Part shown: piece after piece, positions 42,293-52,296 of the stretch | Numbering within the stretch: the stretch's first letter is position 1 | Layout: each line of letters begins with the position of its first letter | Source: Thermoanaerobaculia bacterium | GTDB taxonomy: Bacteria; Acidobacteriota; Thermoanaerobaculia; Multivoradales; UBA5704 | DNA: 64,000 nucleotides | Assembly: GCA_035637095.1 (NCBI GenBank) | Contig: DASPXX010000345.1 | Coordinates: forward strand, 1,660-65,659 | Direction of reading: 5' to 3' | Made by a program: the position numbers and the translations under genes | The notes under the pieces: generated by a model | Seen by the model: the letters and a program-made list of their open reading frames with translations, nothing else | Told to the model about the DNA's origin: nothing | Databases searched by the model: none

Positions 42293-43230
42293 GACGTCTG
42301 CGCGCCTTCGCTCCCGCCGGCATCGGCAACTTCGCCGCCGGCTTCGACGTCCTCGGAGCGGCGGTGACTCCGGAGGACGGGAGCCTCTGGGGAGATCAGG
42401 TGGAGATCACAGAGTCCGGCGCGACCCGGCTGGTCTGCACGGGTCCGTTCGCCGACCGGCTGCCTGCCGACCCGGCCGAGAACCTCGTGCTCCGCACGCG
42501 GGATCTGTTCGCGGAGGCTCTCGGACGTCCCCTGCCGCCGCTCCAGCTCACCCTGGTCAAGGGCCTGCCGGTGTGCAGCGGCCTCGGCTCCAGCGCCGCG
42601 AGCGTGGCCGCCACGGCGCGGGCGCTCAACGCCTGGTGCGGCGATCCCCTCTCTCCCGGAGATCTCCTGGCAGTGGCCGGCCGGGCGGAGGGTCTGGCTT
42701 CCGGCGCGGTCCACCTCGACAACGTGGCCCCCTGCCTGCTGGGAGGGCTCCTGCTGATCCCTCCGGCGGGACCGCCCCGCTCCCTGCCCTTCTCCGAGGA
42801 CCTGCGCATCGTGGTGGCGAGCCCCTCCTTGTCTCTCTCCACCCGGGAGGCACGGCGCGTGCTGCCGCGGGAGGTACCGCTCGCACTCGCCGTCGAGCAC
42901 GCGCAGAATCTGGCCTCTTTCGTCCATGCTCTGCATACGGACGACCGCGACCTGCTGCGCGCTTCGTTGCGCGACCTCGTGGCCGAGCCCTGGCGGGCCG
43001 ATCTCGTGCCCGGCTTCCGCGCCGCCCAGCGAGGGGCTCTGGAAGCCGGAGCTCTGGGGTCCACCTTGTCCGGCGCCGGTCCCGCGGTCTTTGCCGTGGC
43101 GGCAAAGCGCGAGGCCACGGCCGTGGCTGCTGCCCTGACCCGCGGATTCCAGAGCGAAGGGATCGAGGCGGCGGTGCGCATCTGCCGGCTCGATCTCCGA
43201 GGCGCCCGTATCATCGAGACCGAGCCATGA
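42289..43230 (+). CDS. thrB: Homoserine kinase
   Basis: GTG 42289 overlaps the thrA stop (GTGA). GHMP kinase motif: [14 protein letters not shown]. Confidence 0.85.
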   Translation: MRRLRAFAPAGIGNFAAGFDVLGAAVTPEDGSLWGDQVEITESGATRLVCTGPFADRLPADPAENLVLRTRDLFAEALGRPLPPLQLTLVKGLPVCSGLGSSAASVAATARALNAWCGDPLSPGDLLAVAGRAEGLASGAVHLDNVAPCLLGGLLLIPPAGPPRSLPFSEDLRIVVASPSLSLSTREARRVLPREVPLALAVEHAQNLASFVHALHTDDRDLLRASLRDLVAEPWRADLVPGFRAAQRGALEAGALGSTLSGAGPAVFAVAAKREATAVAAALTRGFQSEGIEAAVRICRLDLRGARIIETEP

Positions 43231-44528
43231 TCCTCACCAGCACCCGCGATTCCCGCAAACGCGCCCGCTTCGGCGAGGCCATGACGCAGAACCTCGCCCC
43301 GGGCGGCGGGCTCTACATCCCGCTGGCGCTGCCGGCGTTCGAGGACGTGGACCACCTGCTGGCCCTCGCCTGGACGGAACGCTCGATCGAGATCCTCCGG
43401 CGCCTGCTGGGCGATGACTATGGAGAGCACGAGATCGCGGCCGTGGCGCGAGACGCGTTCGACTTCCCCGTCCCTCTCGTCCAGGTGAGCGACACCATCC
43501 ATGCCCTGGAGCTCTTCCATGGGCCGTCCCTCGCCTTCAAGGACTTCGGCGCCCGCTTTCTCGCCCGCATGCTTCAGCTGGAGCGCGAGCGGCAGGGAGC
43601 GAGCGGGCCGCTCACCGTCCTCACCGCCACGAGCGGAGACACCGGGGCGGCGGTGGCCCTGGCGTTCTGGCGCGTGCCCGGCGTCCGGGTCGTGGTCCTC
43701 TATCCGCGCGGCCGGGTCTCTCCTCTCCAGGAGCGGCAATTCGCGGCGCTCGGCGACAACGTGCTCGCCCTGGCGGTCGACGGCAGCTTCGATCACTGCC
43801 AATACCTGGCCAAGGCCTGCTTCGCCGACCGCGAGCTGACGGCGGAGCTCGGGCTGACCTCGGCGAATTCGATCAACATCGCGCGCCTGACCGCCCAGAT
43901 CCTCTATTACTTCGAAGCGGTTTCCGCCCTGCGCCGGCTCAGTGTGACGGCAGCCCCGGTCATCGCGGTCCCCAGCGGCAACTTCGGTAACCTCTGTGCC
44001 GGCCTCTACGCCAGGAGAATGGGCCTGCCGGTGCGCGTCTTCGTGGCGGCGACCAACGTCAACAAGACGGTCCCTGAGTACCTGGAGAGCGGCGAGTACC
44101 GTCCGCGCCCGAGCATCGCGACTCTCTCGAACGCCATGGACGTGGGAGATCCGAGCAACTGGGAGCGGATTACACACCTTTTCGGCCGCGACTGGCAGGC
44201 CCTGCGCGCCGCCCTGCGCTGGGGGAGCCTGGACGATGACGAAACGCGAGCCGCGATCCGCGCCCTGGCTGCGAAGGGCTACGTGGCCGATCCGCATACC
44301 GCGGTTGCCTGGGCCGTCCTGCGCCGCCGCCTCCAGCGGACCGAGACGGGGATCTTCCTGGCGACCGCGCACCCGGCGAAGTTCCAGGAGGTCCTGGAGC
44401 CCGTGCTGGGCCGGGAGATCCCCCTGCCGCCGGCGCTGGCGGAGCTGGTGGACCGGCCGCTGGTGAGGGAGGCGATGGTGGCGGAGGTGGAGGTGTTGAA
44501 GCGGCGGCTGCGGGAGCTCGCTCGCTGA
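43227..44528 (+). CDS. thrC: Threonine synthase
   Basis: ATGA overlap with thrB. PLP-lysine motif: FHGPSLAFKDFG. Confidence 0.9.
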   Translation: MILTSTRDSRKRARFGEAMTQNLAPGGGLYIPLALPAFEDVDHLLALAWTERSIEILRRLLGDDYGEHEIAAVARDAFDFPVPLVQVSDTIHALELFHGPSLAFKDFGARFLARMLQLERERQGASGPLTVLTATSGDTGAAVALAFWRVPGVRVVVLYPRGRVSPLQERQFAALGDNVLALAVDGSFDHCQYLAKACFADRELTAELGLTSANSINIARLTAQILYYFEAVSALRRLSVTAAPVIAVPSGNFGNLCAGLYARRMGLPVRVFVAATNVNKTVPEYLESGEYRPRPSIATLSNAMDVGDPSNWERITHLFGRDWQALRAALRWGSLDDDETRAAIRALAAKGYVADPHTAVAWAVLRRRLQRTETGIFLATAHPAKFQEVLEPVLGREIPLPPALAELVDRPLVREAMVAEVEVLKRRLRELAR

Positions 44529-44608
44529 GGACGAGCCCAGGGACTGTCTCGTTGGTGTCCTTTACGTCCTTGAGGTCCTTTTTGTCCTCTCGCCGAACTA
44601 TGCTGCTA

Positions 44609-44617
44609 TGCTATAAT
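44609..44617 (+). promoter_or_regulatory. Extended -10 promoter element TGcTATAAT upstream of the MoxR-like gene
   Basis: A perfect TGnTATAAT lies 28 nt before ATG 44645. This is unusual in such GC-rich DNA. I found no clear -35 element. Confidence 0.45.
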
Positions 44618-44644
44618 CTTCCTGCTTCACCCCGGGCCCCTATC

Positions 44645-45727
44645 ATGAACGCCGCCAAGACGGTCGCGCCGTCCCAACTCATGGACTTCCTGCTCAACGT
44701 GGCCGTTGTGCGCCCGGTGTTCATCTGGGGTCCTCCCGGGATCGGGAAGTCGAGCCTGGTGACGCAGTTCGCCGAGCAGCTCGGCCTCGATTGCGTGTCG
44801 CTCCTGGGCAGCCAGCTCGCTCCCGAGGACCTGATCGGCGTCCCCCAGGTGGTCGACGGGGTCAGCCGCTTCTGCCCGCCGGCCCAGATCGCCAGGAGCG
44901 AGCCCTACTGCCTGTTTCTGGACGAGCTCAACGCCTGCTCGCATGAGGTCCAGAAGGCGTTCTACAGCCTGATCCATGAGCGGCGGATCGGCGAGTACCG
45001 CCTGCCCGCAGGCTCCATCGTCATCGGAGCCGGCAACCGGGCGCAGGACAGCGCGATCGTCAAGCCGATGTCGTCGGCTCTCCTCAACCGCATGGTGCAC
45101 GTGCACCTGCAGGTCTCGCACCGCGACTGGATGGCCTGGGCGCGGCAGACCAACATCCATGCCCAGGTGATCCAGTACCTGGAGCTGCGGCCGGATCACC
45201 TGTGGAGCGCTCCTCCCAAGCACGAGGAGCCGTTCTCGACGCCGCGCTCCTGGCACATGCTGAGCGACGCCCTCCACCAGCTCGGCGAGGGATGCAAGGA
45301 CGACGATCTGGAGGCCCTGGCCTACGGCTGCCTGTCTCCCCAGCACGCGACCCAGCTCAAGGCGTTCGTCAAGCAGACGCGCAGCCGGTTCGCTCTCCAC
45401 CGCATTCTCAAGGGCGAGGTGGGCTGGCCCAGCGATCCGGGCGACCGCGACGTCCTCTATTTCCTCTCGCAGTCGTTCCGCGCCCAGCTCATCAAGGAGC
45501 TTCCAGGGGACTCGCAGTCGATGAGCCCGCAGCAGAAGCAGCTCGCCCACCGCGGCAAGGCGCTCCTCAAGGACCTGGCCTCGATCAGCCTCGAGATGGC
45601 CCAGCTCGTGGTGGCCGACGAGGATCCCCAGGGGCGGGACGGCGGCTCGGGGGGCGCCCTGCCGGGCTGGTTCCTCGTCGAGGTCGTGCGCGACCTGCCG
45701 CGCCTGGTGGAAAAGCGTGCCTCCTAG
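44645..45727 (+). CDS. MoxR-like AAA+ ATPase
   Basis: Walker A GPPGIGKS and Walker B CLFLDELN. Layout is AAA_5/CbbQ-like. Confidence 0.8.
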   Translation: MNAAKTVAPSQLMDFLLNVAVVRPVFIWGPPGIGKSSLVTQFAEQLGLDCVSLLGSQLAPEDLIGVPQVVDGVSRFCPPAQIARSEPYCLFLDELNACSHEVQKAFYSLIHERRIGEYRLPAGSIVIGAGNRAQDSAIVKPMSSALLNRMVHVHLQVSHRDWMAWARQTNIHAQVIQYLELRPDHLWSAPPKHEEPFSTPRSWHMLSDALHQLGEGCKDDDLEALAYGCLSPQHATQLKAFVKQTRSRFALHRILKGEVGWPSDPGDRDVLYFLSQSFRAQLIKELPGDSQSMSPQQKQLAHRGKALLKDLASISLEMAQLVVADEDPQGRDGGSGGALPGWFLVEVVRDLPRLVEKRAS

Positions 45728-47528
45728 AAAGCAGAAGCAGCGCCCCAAAGATCCCGCGACGCAGGCCTTTGATCTGGGTGTCTCAGCCCTCTCTGGACAC
45801 CCACTGTTCCTGCCGCTCGTGGGGCGCGCCCACCTGCAGCGCGAGGGATGGGACCGCTGCCCGCCCGGCGGTTGGGCCGTGGTGGCTCAGAGCGGGTATG
45901 TCTTCGTCCACCCGAAGCGGCGCGCCGCACCCGAGGAGTGGACGTGGGTCATCGCACACAGCCTTCTCCATCTCGCCTTCGGTCATTTCCAGAAGCGGGC
46001 CCGGCCGGACCTGTGGAACCTCGCCTGCGACGTATTCGTGAACCGGTTCCTGGCCGACTTGAAGCTCGGGCGCCGCCCCGCGGAGATCGAAATGGCCGAG
46101 CCCCTGCCCCACGGCCTGCCAATCACGTCGGAAAATGCACTCTACGACTGGTTGTTCGAGCAGGGCGTCCCTCCCGAGCTCCGTGGCGGGGGCACGGCCG
46201 GACCCGGCGCGCCGGACATGATCCTGGTCGAGGACCGCTGGGCGCCCAGGCACAGCGATTGGAAAGGGCTCCTCGGCGAAGGGCTGCGCAACGCGGTCTC
46301 CGCGGCGGTCGATCTGGCCGGCGGCAAAACCTCGACCCTCGCCGGCGGCAGGAGCCGGAGCACGCCATCCCAACGCGCCCGCTCGTGGTTCATGAGCAAC
46401 TTCCCCCTGCTCGGCTCCCTGGCCTCCTCCTTCAAGCTGATCGAGGATTCTGCGGTCTGCCGTAACCTGGACATCCACATCGCGGCGGTGGATGCCGAGG
46501 CGCGCGAGATCTACGTCAACCCACTCATCGCATTGAACGATGCAGAGGCGCGCTTCGTCATGGCTCACGAGCTCCTCCACGTGGGGCTCCGGCACCAGGC
46601 GCGCTGCCAGGGCCGCGACCCCTATCTCTGGAACGTGGCCTGCGACTATGTGATCAACGACTGGCTGATGGAGATGCACGTGGGGACCCCGCCGCGCTTC
46701 GGGCTCCTCCAAGATGCGGAGCTGAAGGGGCTCTCCGCCGAGGCGGTGTACGACCGGATCGTGACGGACCTCCGCAAGTACCGCAAGCTGGCAACGCTTC
46801 GCGGCACGGGACTGGGGGACATCCTGCCGGGCCACACCCGGCGCTGGTGGGAGACGGGCGAGGGCGTGGCGCTCGACCAGTTCTACAGGAGCTGCCTGGG
46901 ACAGGGGCTTTTTTCGCACCGGGATCAAGGCCGGGGCTTCCTCCCCGCCGGGTTGATCGAAGAGATCGAGGCGCTGGCGCAGCCGCCGATCCCCTGGGAC
47001 GTGGAGCTCGCGCAGTGGTTCGACCACCACTTTCCACCCAAGGAGCGCCGCCGCTCGTACGCCCGTCCCAGCCGGCGGCAGATGGCCACGCCGGAGATCC
47101 CGCGGCCCCGGTACGTGCCGGTCGACGACGGCTCGGTCCGCACCTTTGCGGTGCTGCTCGACACCTCGGGGAGCATGGACAGGAAGCTTCTCGCCAAGGC
47201 CCTGGGCGCGATCGCCAGCTACAGCATGGCCCGCGAGGTGGATCAGGTGCGGCTCGTCTTCTGCGATGCCGCGGTGTACGACCAGGGCTATGTCCCCCCG
47301 GACGACATCGCCGGCCGGGTGCGCGTCAAGGGCCGCGGCGGCACGGTCCTGCAACCCGGCGTCGACCTCCTGGAGAAGAGCCCGGACTTTCCCCAGGATG
47401 GACCGGTCCTGATCATCACGGACGGCTGGTGCGACGTTCTCCGCGTACGCCGCGACCATGCGTTTCTGGTCCCGGCGGGCAACCGGCTGCCGTTCGTTCC
47501 GCGAGGTCCGGTGTTCTGGGTGTCATGA
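45717..47528 (+). CDS. VWA-domain protein with duplicated DUF2201-type metallopeptidase-like N-domain
   Basis: GTG start overlaps the ATPase gene by 11 nt. Copy 1: VIAHSLLHLAFGH...WNLACDVFVN. Copy 2: VMAHELLHVGLRH...WNVACDYVIN (HExxH intact). The C-terminus is VWA-like (FAVLLDTSGSMD). Confidence 0.75.
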   Translation: MPPRKQKQRPKDPATQAFDLGVSALSGHPLFLPLVGRAHLQREGWDRCPPGGWAVVAQSGYVFVHPKRRAAPEEWTWVIAHSLLHLAFGHFQKRARPDLWNLACDVFVNRFLADLKLGRRPAEIEMAEPLPHGLPITSENALYDWLFEQGVPPELRGGGTAGPGAPDMILVEDRWAPRHSDWKGLLGEGLRNAVSAAVDLAGGKTSTLAGGRSRSTPSQRARSWFMSNFPLLGSLASSFKLIEDSAVCRNLDIHIAAVDAEAREIYVNPLIALNDAEARFVMAHELLHVGLRHQARCQGRDPYLWNVACDYVINDWLMEMHVGTPPRFGLLQDAELKGLSAEAVYDRIVTDLRKYRKLATLRGTGLGDILPGHTRRWWETGEGVALDQFYRSCLGQGLFSHRDQGRGFLPAGLIEEIEALAQPPIPWDVELAQWFDHHFPPKERRRSYARPSRRQMATPEIPRPRYVPVDDGSVRTFAVLLDTSGSMDRKLLAKALGAIASYSMAREVDQVRLVFCDAAVYDQGYVPPDDIAGRVRVKGRGGTVLQPGVDLLEKSPDFPQDGPVLIITDGWCDVLRVRRDHAFLVPAGNRLPFVPRGPVFWVS

Positions 47529-47662
47529 GCCCTGAAGGAGGACAAGCCCGCGGGACCCCCGCGGAAGCACCGGCCGCTGGGTAGTCCAGTAGAGTCCTGT
47601 TACTCTGGGCGCATGACCTTCCGCATCCTCGCCCTCAGAATCCCCCCCAGAGGGAGGGCTGC

Positions 47663-48982
47663 ATGACCGACCTGCTGGCGGCGCGGTCGCAGATGGCGAT
47701 CTCGCTGATGTTCCACATCCTGTTCGCCATCGCGGGCATGGCGATGCCGGTGCTCATGGTCGTCTCGGAGGCCCTCTGGCTGCGGACGGGACGGACGGTC
47801 TATCTCGACCTCACCCGGCGTTGGGCCAAGGGGACGGCGATCCTGTTCGCGGTGGGGGCGGTCTCCGGGACGGTACTGTCGTTCGAGCTCGGCCTCCTCT
47901 GGCCGAAGTTCATGGAGCACGCCGGGGCGATCATCGGCATGCCCTTCTCGCTCGAAGGGTTCGCGTTCTTCACGGAGGCCATCTTCCTCGGCATCTATCT
48001 CTATGGCTGGGACCGGGTGGCGCCGCGGGCGCACCTGGCGGCCGGGGTCGTGGTGGCGGTGAGCGGCGGGCTCTCCGCCGTCTTCGTGGTGACCGCCAAC
48101 GCCTGGATGAACACGCCGGTGGGATTCGAGCTGGTCGACGGCCGGATGACCAACATCGATCCGGTGGCGGCGATGCTGAGCCCGGCGGCTTTCCCTGAAG
48201 CCCTGCACATGCTGCTGGCGGCCTATGCCGCGGTGGGGTTCGCGGTGGCCGGCATCCACGCGTTCGTGCTGCTGCGCCATCCGGGCGATCCCTTCCACCG
48301 CGCCGCCCTCGCCATCGCGCTCCTGGTCGGCGGACCGGCGGCCCTGCTCCAACCGGTTTCGGGCGACTCCCTGGCGCGGATGGTGGCGAAGACCCAGCCG
48401 GCGAAGCTCGCGGCCCTGGAGGGACAGTTCGCGACCGAGCGGGGCGCTCCGCTGCGCCTCGGCGGACTGCCTGATCCGGAGCGCAGGACCACCCGCTGGG
48501 CGATCGAAATCCCTTACGGGCTCAGCCTCCTCGCCCATCACGACCCGCACGCCACGATCGTCGGGCTGAACGACATCCCGCGGGAAAGTTGGCCGAATCC
48601 GGTGATCGTCCATCCGTCCTTCCAGATCATGATCGCCTGCGGCACGGCCATGGCCCTGCTGGCGCTGGCGGCAGGATTCCTGGCGTGGCGGCGGCGCCAT
48701 CAACCAGACAGATTGCCGGATCAGCGCTGGCTCCTGCGCTCGCTGGTCTTCGCCTCCCCGCTCGGCGTGCTCGGCCTCGAGGCGGGCTGGTTCGTCACCG
48801 AGCTCGGGCGGCAGCCGTGGATCATCCAGGGGGTGATGCGGACGCGCGACGCGCTGACTCCCATGCCGGGGCTCACCGTCCCCCTGGTGACGATCACGCT
48901 GGTCTATCTTGCGCTCGGGCTGATCGTGATCGTCCTGCTCCGCCGGCACGTCATCTCGACCGTTCCATCGGTGCCGGTCTGA
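47663..48982 (+). CDS. cydA: Cytochrome bd ubiquinol oxidase subunit I
   Basis: MFHILFAIAGMAMP..., GWDRV... 439 aa. Confidence 0.9.
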   Translation: MTDLLAARSQMAISLMFHILFAIAGMAMPVLMVVSEALWLRTGRTVYLDLTRRWAKGTAILFAVGAVSGTVLSFELGLLWPKFMEHAGAIIGMPFSLEGFAFFTEAIFLGIYLYGWDRVAPRAHLAAGVVVAVSGGLSAVFVVTANAWMNTPVGFELVDGRMTNIDPVAAMLSPAAFPEALHMLLAAYAAVGFAVAGIHAFVLLRHPGDPFHRAALAIALLVGGPAALLQPVSGDSLARMVAKTQPAKLAALEGQFATERGAPLRLGGLPDPERRTTRWAIEIPYGLSLLAHHDPHATIVGLNDIPRESWPNPVIVHPSFQIMIACGTAMALLALAAGFLAWRRRHQPDRLPDQRWLLRSLVFASPLGVLGLEAGWFVTELGRQPWIIQGVMRTRDALTPMPGLTVPLVTITLVYLALGLIVIVLLRRHVISTVPSVPV

Positions 48983-50016
48983 TGGACGCCCTGGCTCTCG
49001 TCGCCGGGCTGGTGATCGTCGCCGCGCTCGACCTCTATGCGATTTCGGGAGGCGCCGACTACGGCGGCGGCGTCTGGGACCTGCTCGCACGCGGACCCCG
49101 CGCCGGGCGGCAGCGGGACCTCATCTCGCATGCCATCGGGCCGATCTGGGAGGCGAACCACGTCTGGCTGATCCTGGCGATCGTGGTGCTCTTCACGGGA
49201 TTTCCGGCGGCCTTCGCGCGGATCACGACGATCCTCCATGTGCCTTTCTTCCTGATGCTCCTCGGGATCGTGGCGCGTGGCGCGGCTTTCAGCTTCCGCT
49301 CGTACGGCAGCCCGCAAGGGGAGACGCAAGGGCGCTGGGGCCGGGTATTCGCGGTGGCGAGCCTGATCACGCCGCTCCTCCTCGGGACGATCCTCGGCGC
49401 GGTGGCGGCCGGAACCGTGCCGGCCGAGGCCACCTCCGCGGCGGTCTTCTTCACCTCCTGGCTGGGGCTCTTCCCTCTGTCCGTAGGCCTTTATGCCTTG
49501 ATCATGTTCGCGTTCCTGGCGGCGGTCTATCTGACGGTCGAAGCCGAGGACGAGGAGTTGCGGGAGGACTTCCGCCGGCGAGCGCTCGCCTCCGGGATCC
49601 TGCTGGGAATCCTGGCGGCGGCGGTTCTCGCGGTGGCTGGCCTGCGGGTTCCCGAGATTCTGGAGGACCTGACGCGGACTCCCTGGTCCTGGGCGCTCCA
49701 CGCGTTCACGGCCGCGGCGGCCCTCGGGACCCTCTTCGCCCTCTGGCGCCGTCTCTATCCCCTGGCCCGGATCGGGGCGGTGCTGCAGGTATCGTTGATC
49801 ATCTGGGGATGGGCCTTCTCCCAATACCCGCACCTGATCGAGCCAGACCTCACCCTGTGGGATGCGGCGGCGCCCCACATCACCCTGAAGCTTCTCCTGG
49901 AAGCTCTCGCTCTGGGGGCCGTGCTCCTCGTTCCATCCTTCGTCTACCTGTTTCGGGTGTTCGGGAAGGTCTGGAGGGCGGTCCCCACAAGCGGGGGACC
50001 GCGGGGCGATGGCTGA
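48982..50016 (+). CDS. cydB: Cytochrome bd ubiquinol oxidase subunit II
   Basis: ATG 48982 overlaps the cydA stop by 1 nt. Motif: ...IGPIWEANHVWLI... Confidence 0.85.
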   Translation: MDALALVAGLVIVAALDLYAISGGADYGGGVWDLLARGPRAGRQRDLISHAIGPIWEANHVWLILAIVVLFTGFPAAFARITTILHVPFFLMLLGIVARGAAFSFRSYGSPQGETQGRWGRVFAVASLITPLLLGTILGAVAAGTVPAEATSAAVFFTSWLGLFPLSVGLYALIMFAFLAAVYLTVEAEDEELREDFRRRALASGILLGILAAAVLAVAGLRVPEILEDLTRTPWSWALHAFTAAAALGTLFALWRRLYPLARIGAVLQVSLIIWGWAFSQYPHLIEPDLTLWDAAAPHITLKLLLEALALGAVLLVPSFVYLFRVFGKVWRAVPTSGGPRGDG

Positions 50017-50022
50017 GAAGAG

Positions 50023-50175
50023 CTAATTGGTGACGGTGATGCAGCAATCCTCGCCGCTGGGGCTACGGCTCAGCGTGGGGAAGCCACCGCGGACCTCGCG
50101 GAGGTCAAAATTCTCCAGATCGCGGACGGTTTCCCGATTGAGGACAAGCTTCTTCGGCGTCTGCGCCTTTTTCAT
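50023..50175 (-). CDS. Orphan GG-leader peptide (50 aa), candidate RiPP or bacteriocin precursor
   Basis: Not in the ORF track. AAGGAGA SD. Product: MKKAQTPKKLVLNRETVRDLENFDLREVRGG/FPTLSRSPSGEDCCITVTN. Confidence 0.6.
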   Translation of the reverse strand: MKKAQTPKKLVLNRETVRDLENFDLREVRGGFPTLSRSPSGEDCCITVTN

Positions 50176-50308
50176 GGCAGTCTCCTTGGGCGAATGAGGG
50201 GGACTCTCCCCCGCAGCTGAAGTGCCGACCCGCCCGACAACCGGGCAGGCTCACCTGTCATCAAACGATCGGGATGCAATAATCCCCTCCGTCTCCCGCG
50301 GAGGGATC

Positions 50309-51766
50309 ATGAAGAAAGCGCTCGCCGTCATCGGCCTCGTCCTGCTCGTCCTGATCGCGGTCCTGCTCGTCCGCACCGGAATGGCTCGTTCGCACCAGAT
50401 CGCCGCGGCTCCGGTGACGGACAACTCGATCGACGCCCGCGCCGTGGCGGAGCATCTCTCCGGAGCCGTTCGCTTCGCCACGATCTCGCACGACGACGGC
50501 CAGGTGGAGCGCGATGCGTTCCTCGGGCTGCACGACTACCTGGCGCGGAGCTTCCCGCTCGTCCATGCGCAGCTGACCCGCGAGGTGGTGGCGGGCTACA
50601 GCCTGCTCTACACCTGGAAGGGGCGCAATCCGAGCTTGGCGCCGGTCCTCCTCCTGTCGCATCAGGACGTGGTCCCGGTCGAGCCGGGGACGGAACGCGC
50701 GTGGACCCGGCCGCCGTTTTCGGGCGCCATCGCGGACGGCTTCATCTGGGGCCGCGGCACCATGGACGACAAGGCCGGAGTGCTCGGCATCCTCGAAGCG
50801 GTCGAGCACCTGCTCCGCCAGGGCTTCCAGCCGGAGCGTACCGTCCTCCTCGCTTTCGGGCACGACGAGGAGGTCAGCGGCGTGCACGGCGCGAAGAACA
50901 TCGCGGCGCTCCTCCGGCAGCGCGGAGTGAAGCCCGAATTCATCCTCGACGAGGGGGGCGTCATCGCCGCGGGGATGGTCGAAGGGATCAAGGCGCCGAT
51001 CGCTCTCGTCGGCACGGCCGAGAAGGGGTATGTGAGCGTCGACCTGGTCGCCAGAGCGGAGGGCGGGCACTCCTCCATGCCGCCGCAACACACCGCCATC
51101 GGGAGCCTGGCCGCGGCGATCAACGGCTTGGAGGAGAACCAGATGCCGGCGCGGATCGCGGGGGCCACCAAGGAGTCCTTCGAGTACCTGGCCCCGGAGA
51201 TGCCGTTTGGGCCGCGGCTTTTCCTCTCGAACCTCTGGCTCTTCGCGCCGCTCGCCGAGCGGACCTTCGCAAGTGACCCGGCATCCAACTCGCGCATCCG
51301 CACCACGACGGCCGCGACCATCATCAACGCCGGGGTCAAGGAGAACGTGCTCCCGCACGAGGCGCGGGCGGTGGTGAACTTCCGCATCCTGCCCGGTGAT
51401 TCGGTGGCGGACGTCGTGGCGCATGTGCGCGCCGAGGCCGGGCCGGACGTCCAGGTCGCGGCCCGCCAAGCCACGGCCACGGAGCCTTCCCCCGAATCGG
51501 ACGTGGAGGCGCCGGCGTTCCGGCTGATCCAGAAGACCGTCGTCCAGGTCTTCCCCGGCACCCTGGTGTCCCCCAACCTGTTGGCCGGCGGGACCGATAC
51601 GAAGCACTACAAAGACCTCACCCGGAACGTCTATCGCTTCCTGCCGGCGCGCATCCACAAGGAGGACCTCGCCCGCCTGCACGGCACGAACGAGCGGATC
51701 GGCGTCGACACCTTCGCCGGGGTGGTCCGCTTCTACGTGCAGCTCCTGCGCAACGCGGCGGGGTGA
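50309..51766 (+). CDS. M20-family metallopeptidase (carboxypeptidase-like), membrane-anchored
   Basis: Trimmed to MKKALAVIGLVLLVLIAVLLV. Motifs: LLLSHQDVVPV, RGTMDDKAG, GHDEEVSG. Confidence 0.8.
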   Translation: MKKALAVIGLVLLVLIAVLLVRTGMARSHQIAAAPVTDNSIDARAVAEHLSGAVRFATISHDDGQVERDAFLGLHDYLARSFPLVHAQLTREVVAGYSLLYTWKGRNPSLAPVLLLSHQDVVPVEPGTERAWTRPPFSGAIADGFIWGRGTMDDKAGVLGILEAVEHLLRQGFQPERTVLLAFGHDEEVSGVHGAKNIAALLRQRGVKPEFILDEGGVIAAGMVEGIKAPIALVGTAEKGYVSVDLVARAEGGHSSMPPQHTAIGSLAAAINGLEENQMPARIAGATKESFEYLAPEMPFGPRLFLSNLWLFAPLAERTFASDPASNSRIRTTTAATIINAGVKENVLPHEARAVVNFRILPGDSVADVVAHVRAEAGPDVQVAARQATATEPSPESDVEAPAFRLIQKTVVQVFPGTLVSPNLLAGGTDTKHYKDLTRNVYRFLPARIHKEDLARLHGTNERIGVDTFAGVVRFYVQLLRNAAG

Positions 51767-51770
51767 GGTC

Positions 51771-52202
51771 CTACAGCTTGAACAGGGCGTCGAAGGCGGA
51801 GCGGGCGTCCTTGGAGGTCTCGCGGTCGTGCTGGCGGCCGGACTCCGCGGCTTCCTTGGGGGTGAAGAAGGTGCACTCGTTGCGCGTGCTCTTCTTGACG
51901 ATGCGCGCCGGAATCTCTTCGAACTTCCGGCACTCCCAGCGGACCGAAGTGTCGAAGTGGATGCAGTTGGAGCAGGTGTGGAGGTCGGTGTGGCACTTGG
52001 CGCACGCCGTGTCGAGCTCGATGGGATCGGCGATCGCCCGCTCGGTGCCGCAGCGGGCGCAGCGGAAGACCGTCTCGGTTGGCCCGCCCAGACCGCGACC
52101 CCGCGGTCCTTCCTTCTTCTCCCGCGGCCCCTGCTGCGGCGCACGGCTCTCCCGGGGGGCGTCGTCCTGATAGCCGCTCTGCCGGTATCTGCGATCGGAC
52201 AT
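51771..52202 (-). CDS. Cys-rich zinc-ribbon protein, function unknown
   Basis: Trimmed to MSDRRYRQSGYQDD (GAAGGAGA SD). Cysteine motifs: CARCG...CAKCH...CSNC. Confidence 0.6.
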   Translation of the reverse strand: MSDRRYRQSGYQDDAPRESRAPQQGPREKKEGPRGRGLGGPTETVFRCARCGTERAIADPIELDTACAKCHTDLHTCSNCIHFDTSVRWECRKFEEIPARIVKKSTRNECTFFTPKEAAESGRQHDRETSKDARSAFDALFKL

Positions 52203-52296
52203 GCGAGGATCTCCTTCGGAGAGATGATACCGCGGGACCTCTCTCCAGACCATCCGAGCTATCCTACCGTCTGTCCAACCACCCCCTGGAGGCGGC

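Noticed and set aside
39736-43230. 1164-aa + strand ORF covering thrA in a different frame.
   Set aside because: Only its last 313 codons (from GTG 42289) encode homoserine kinase. The rest is an out-of-frame shadow of thrA.
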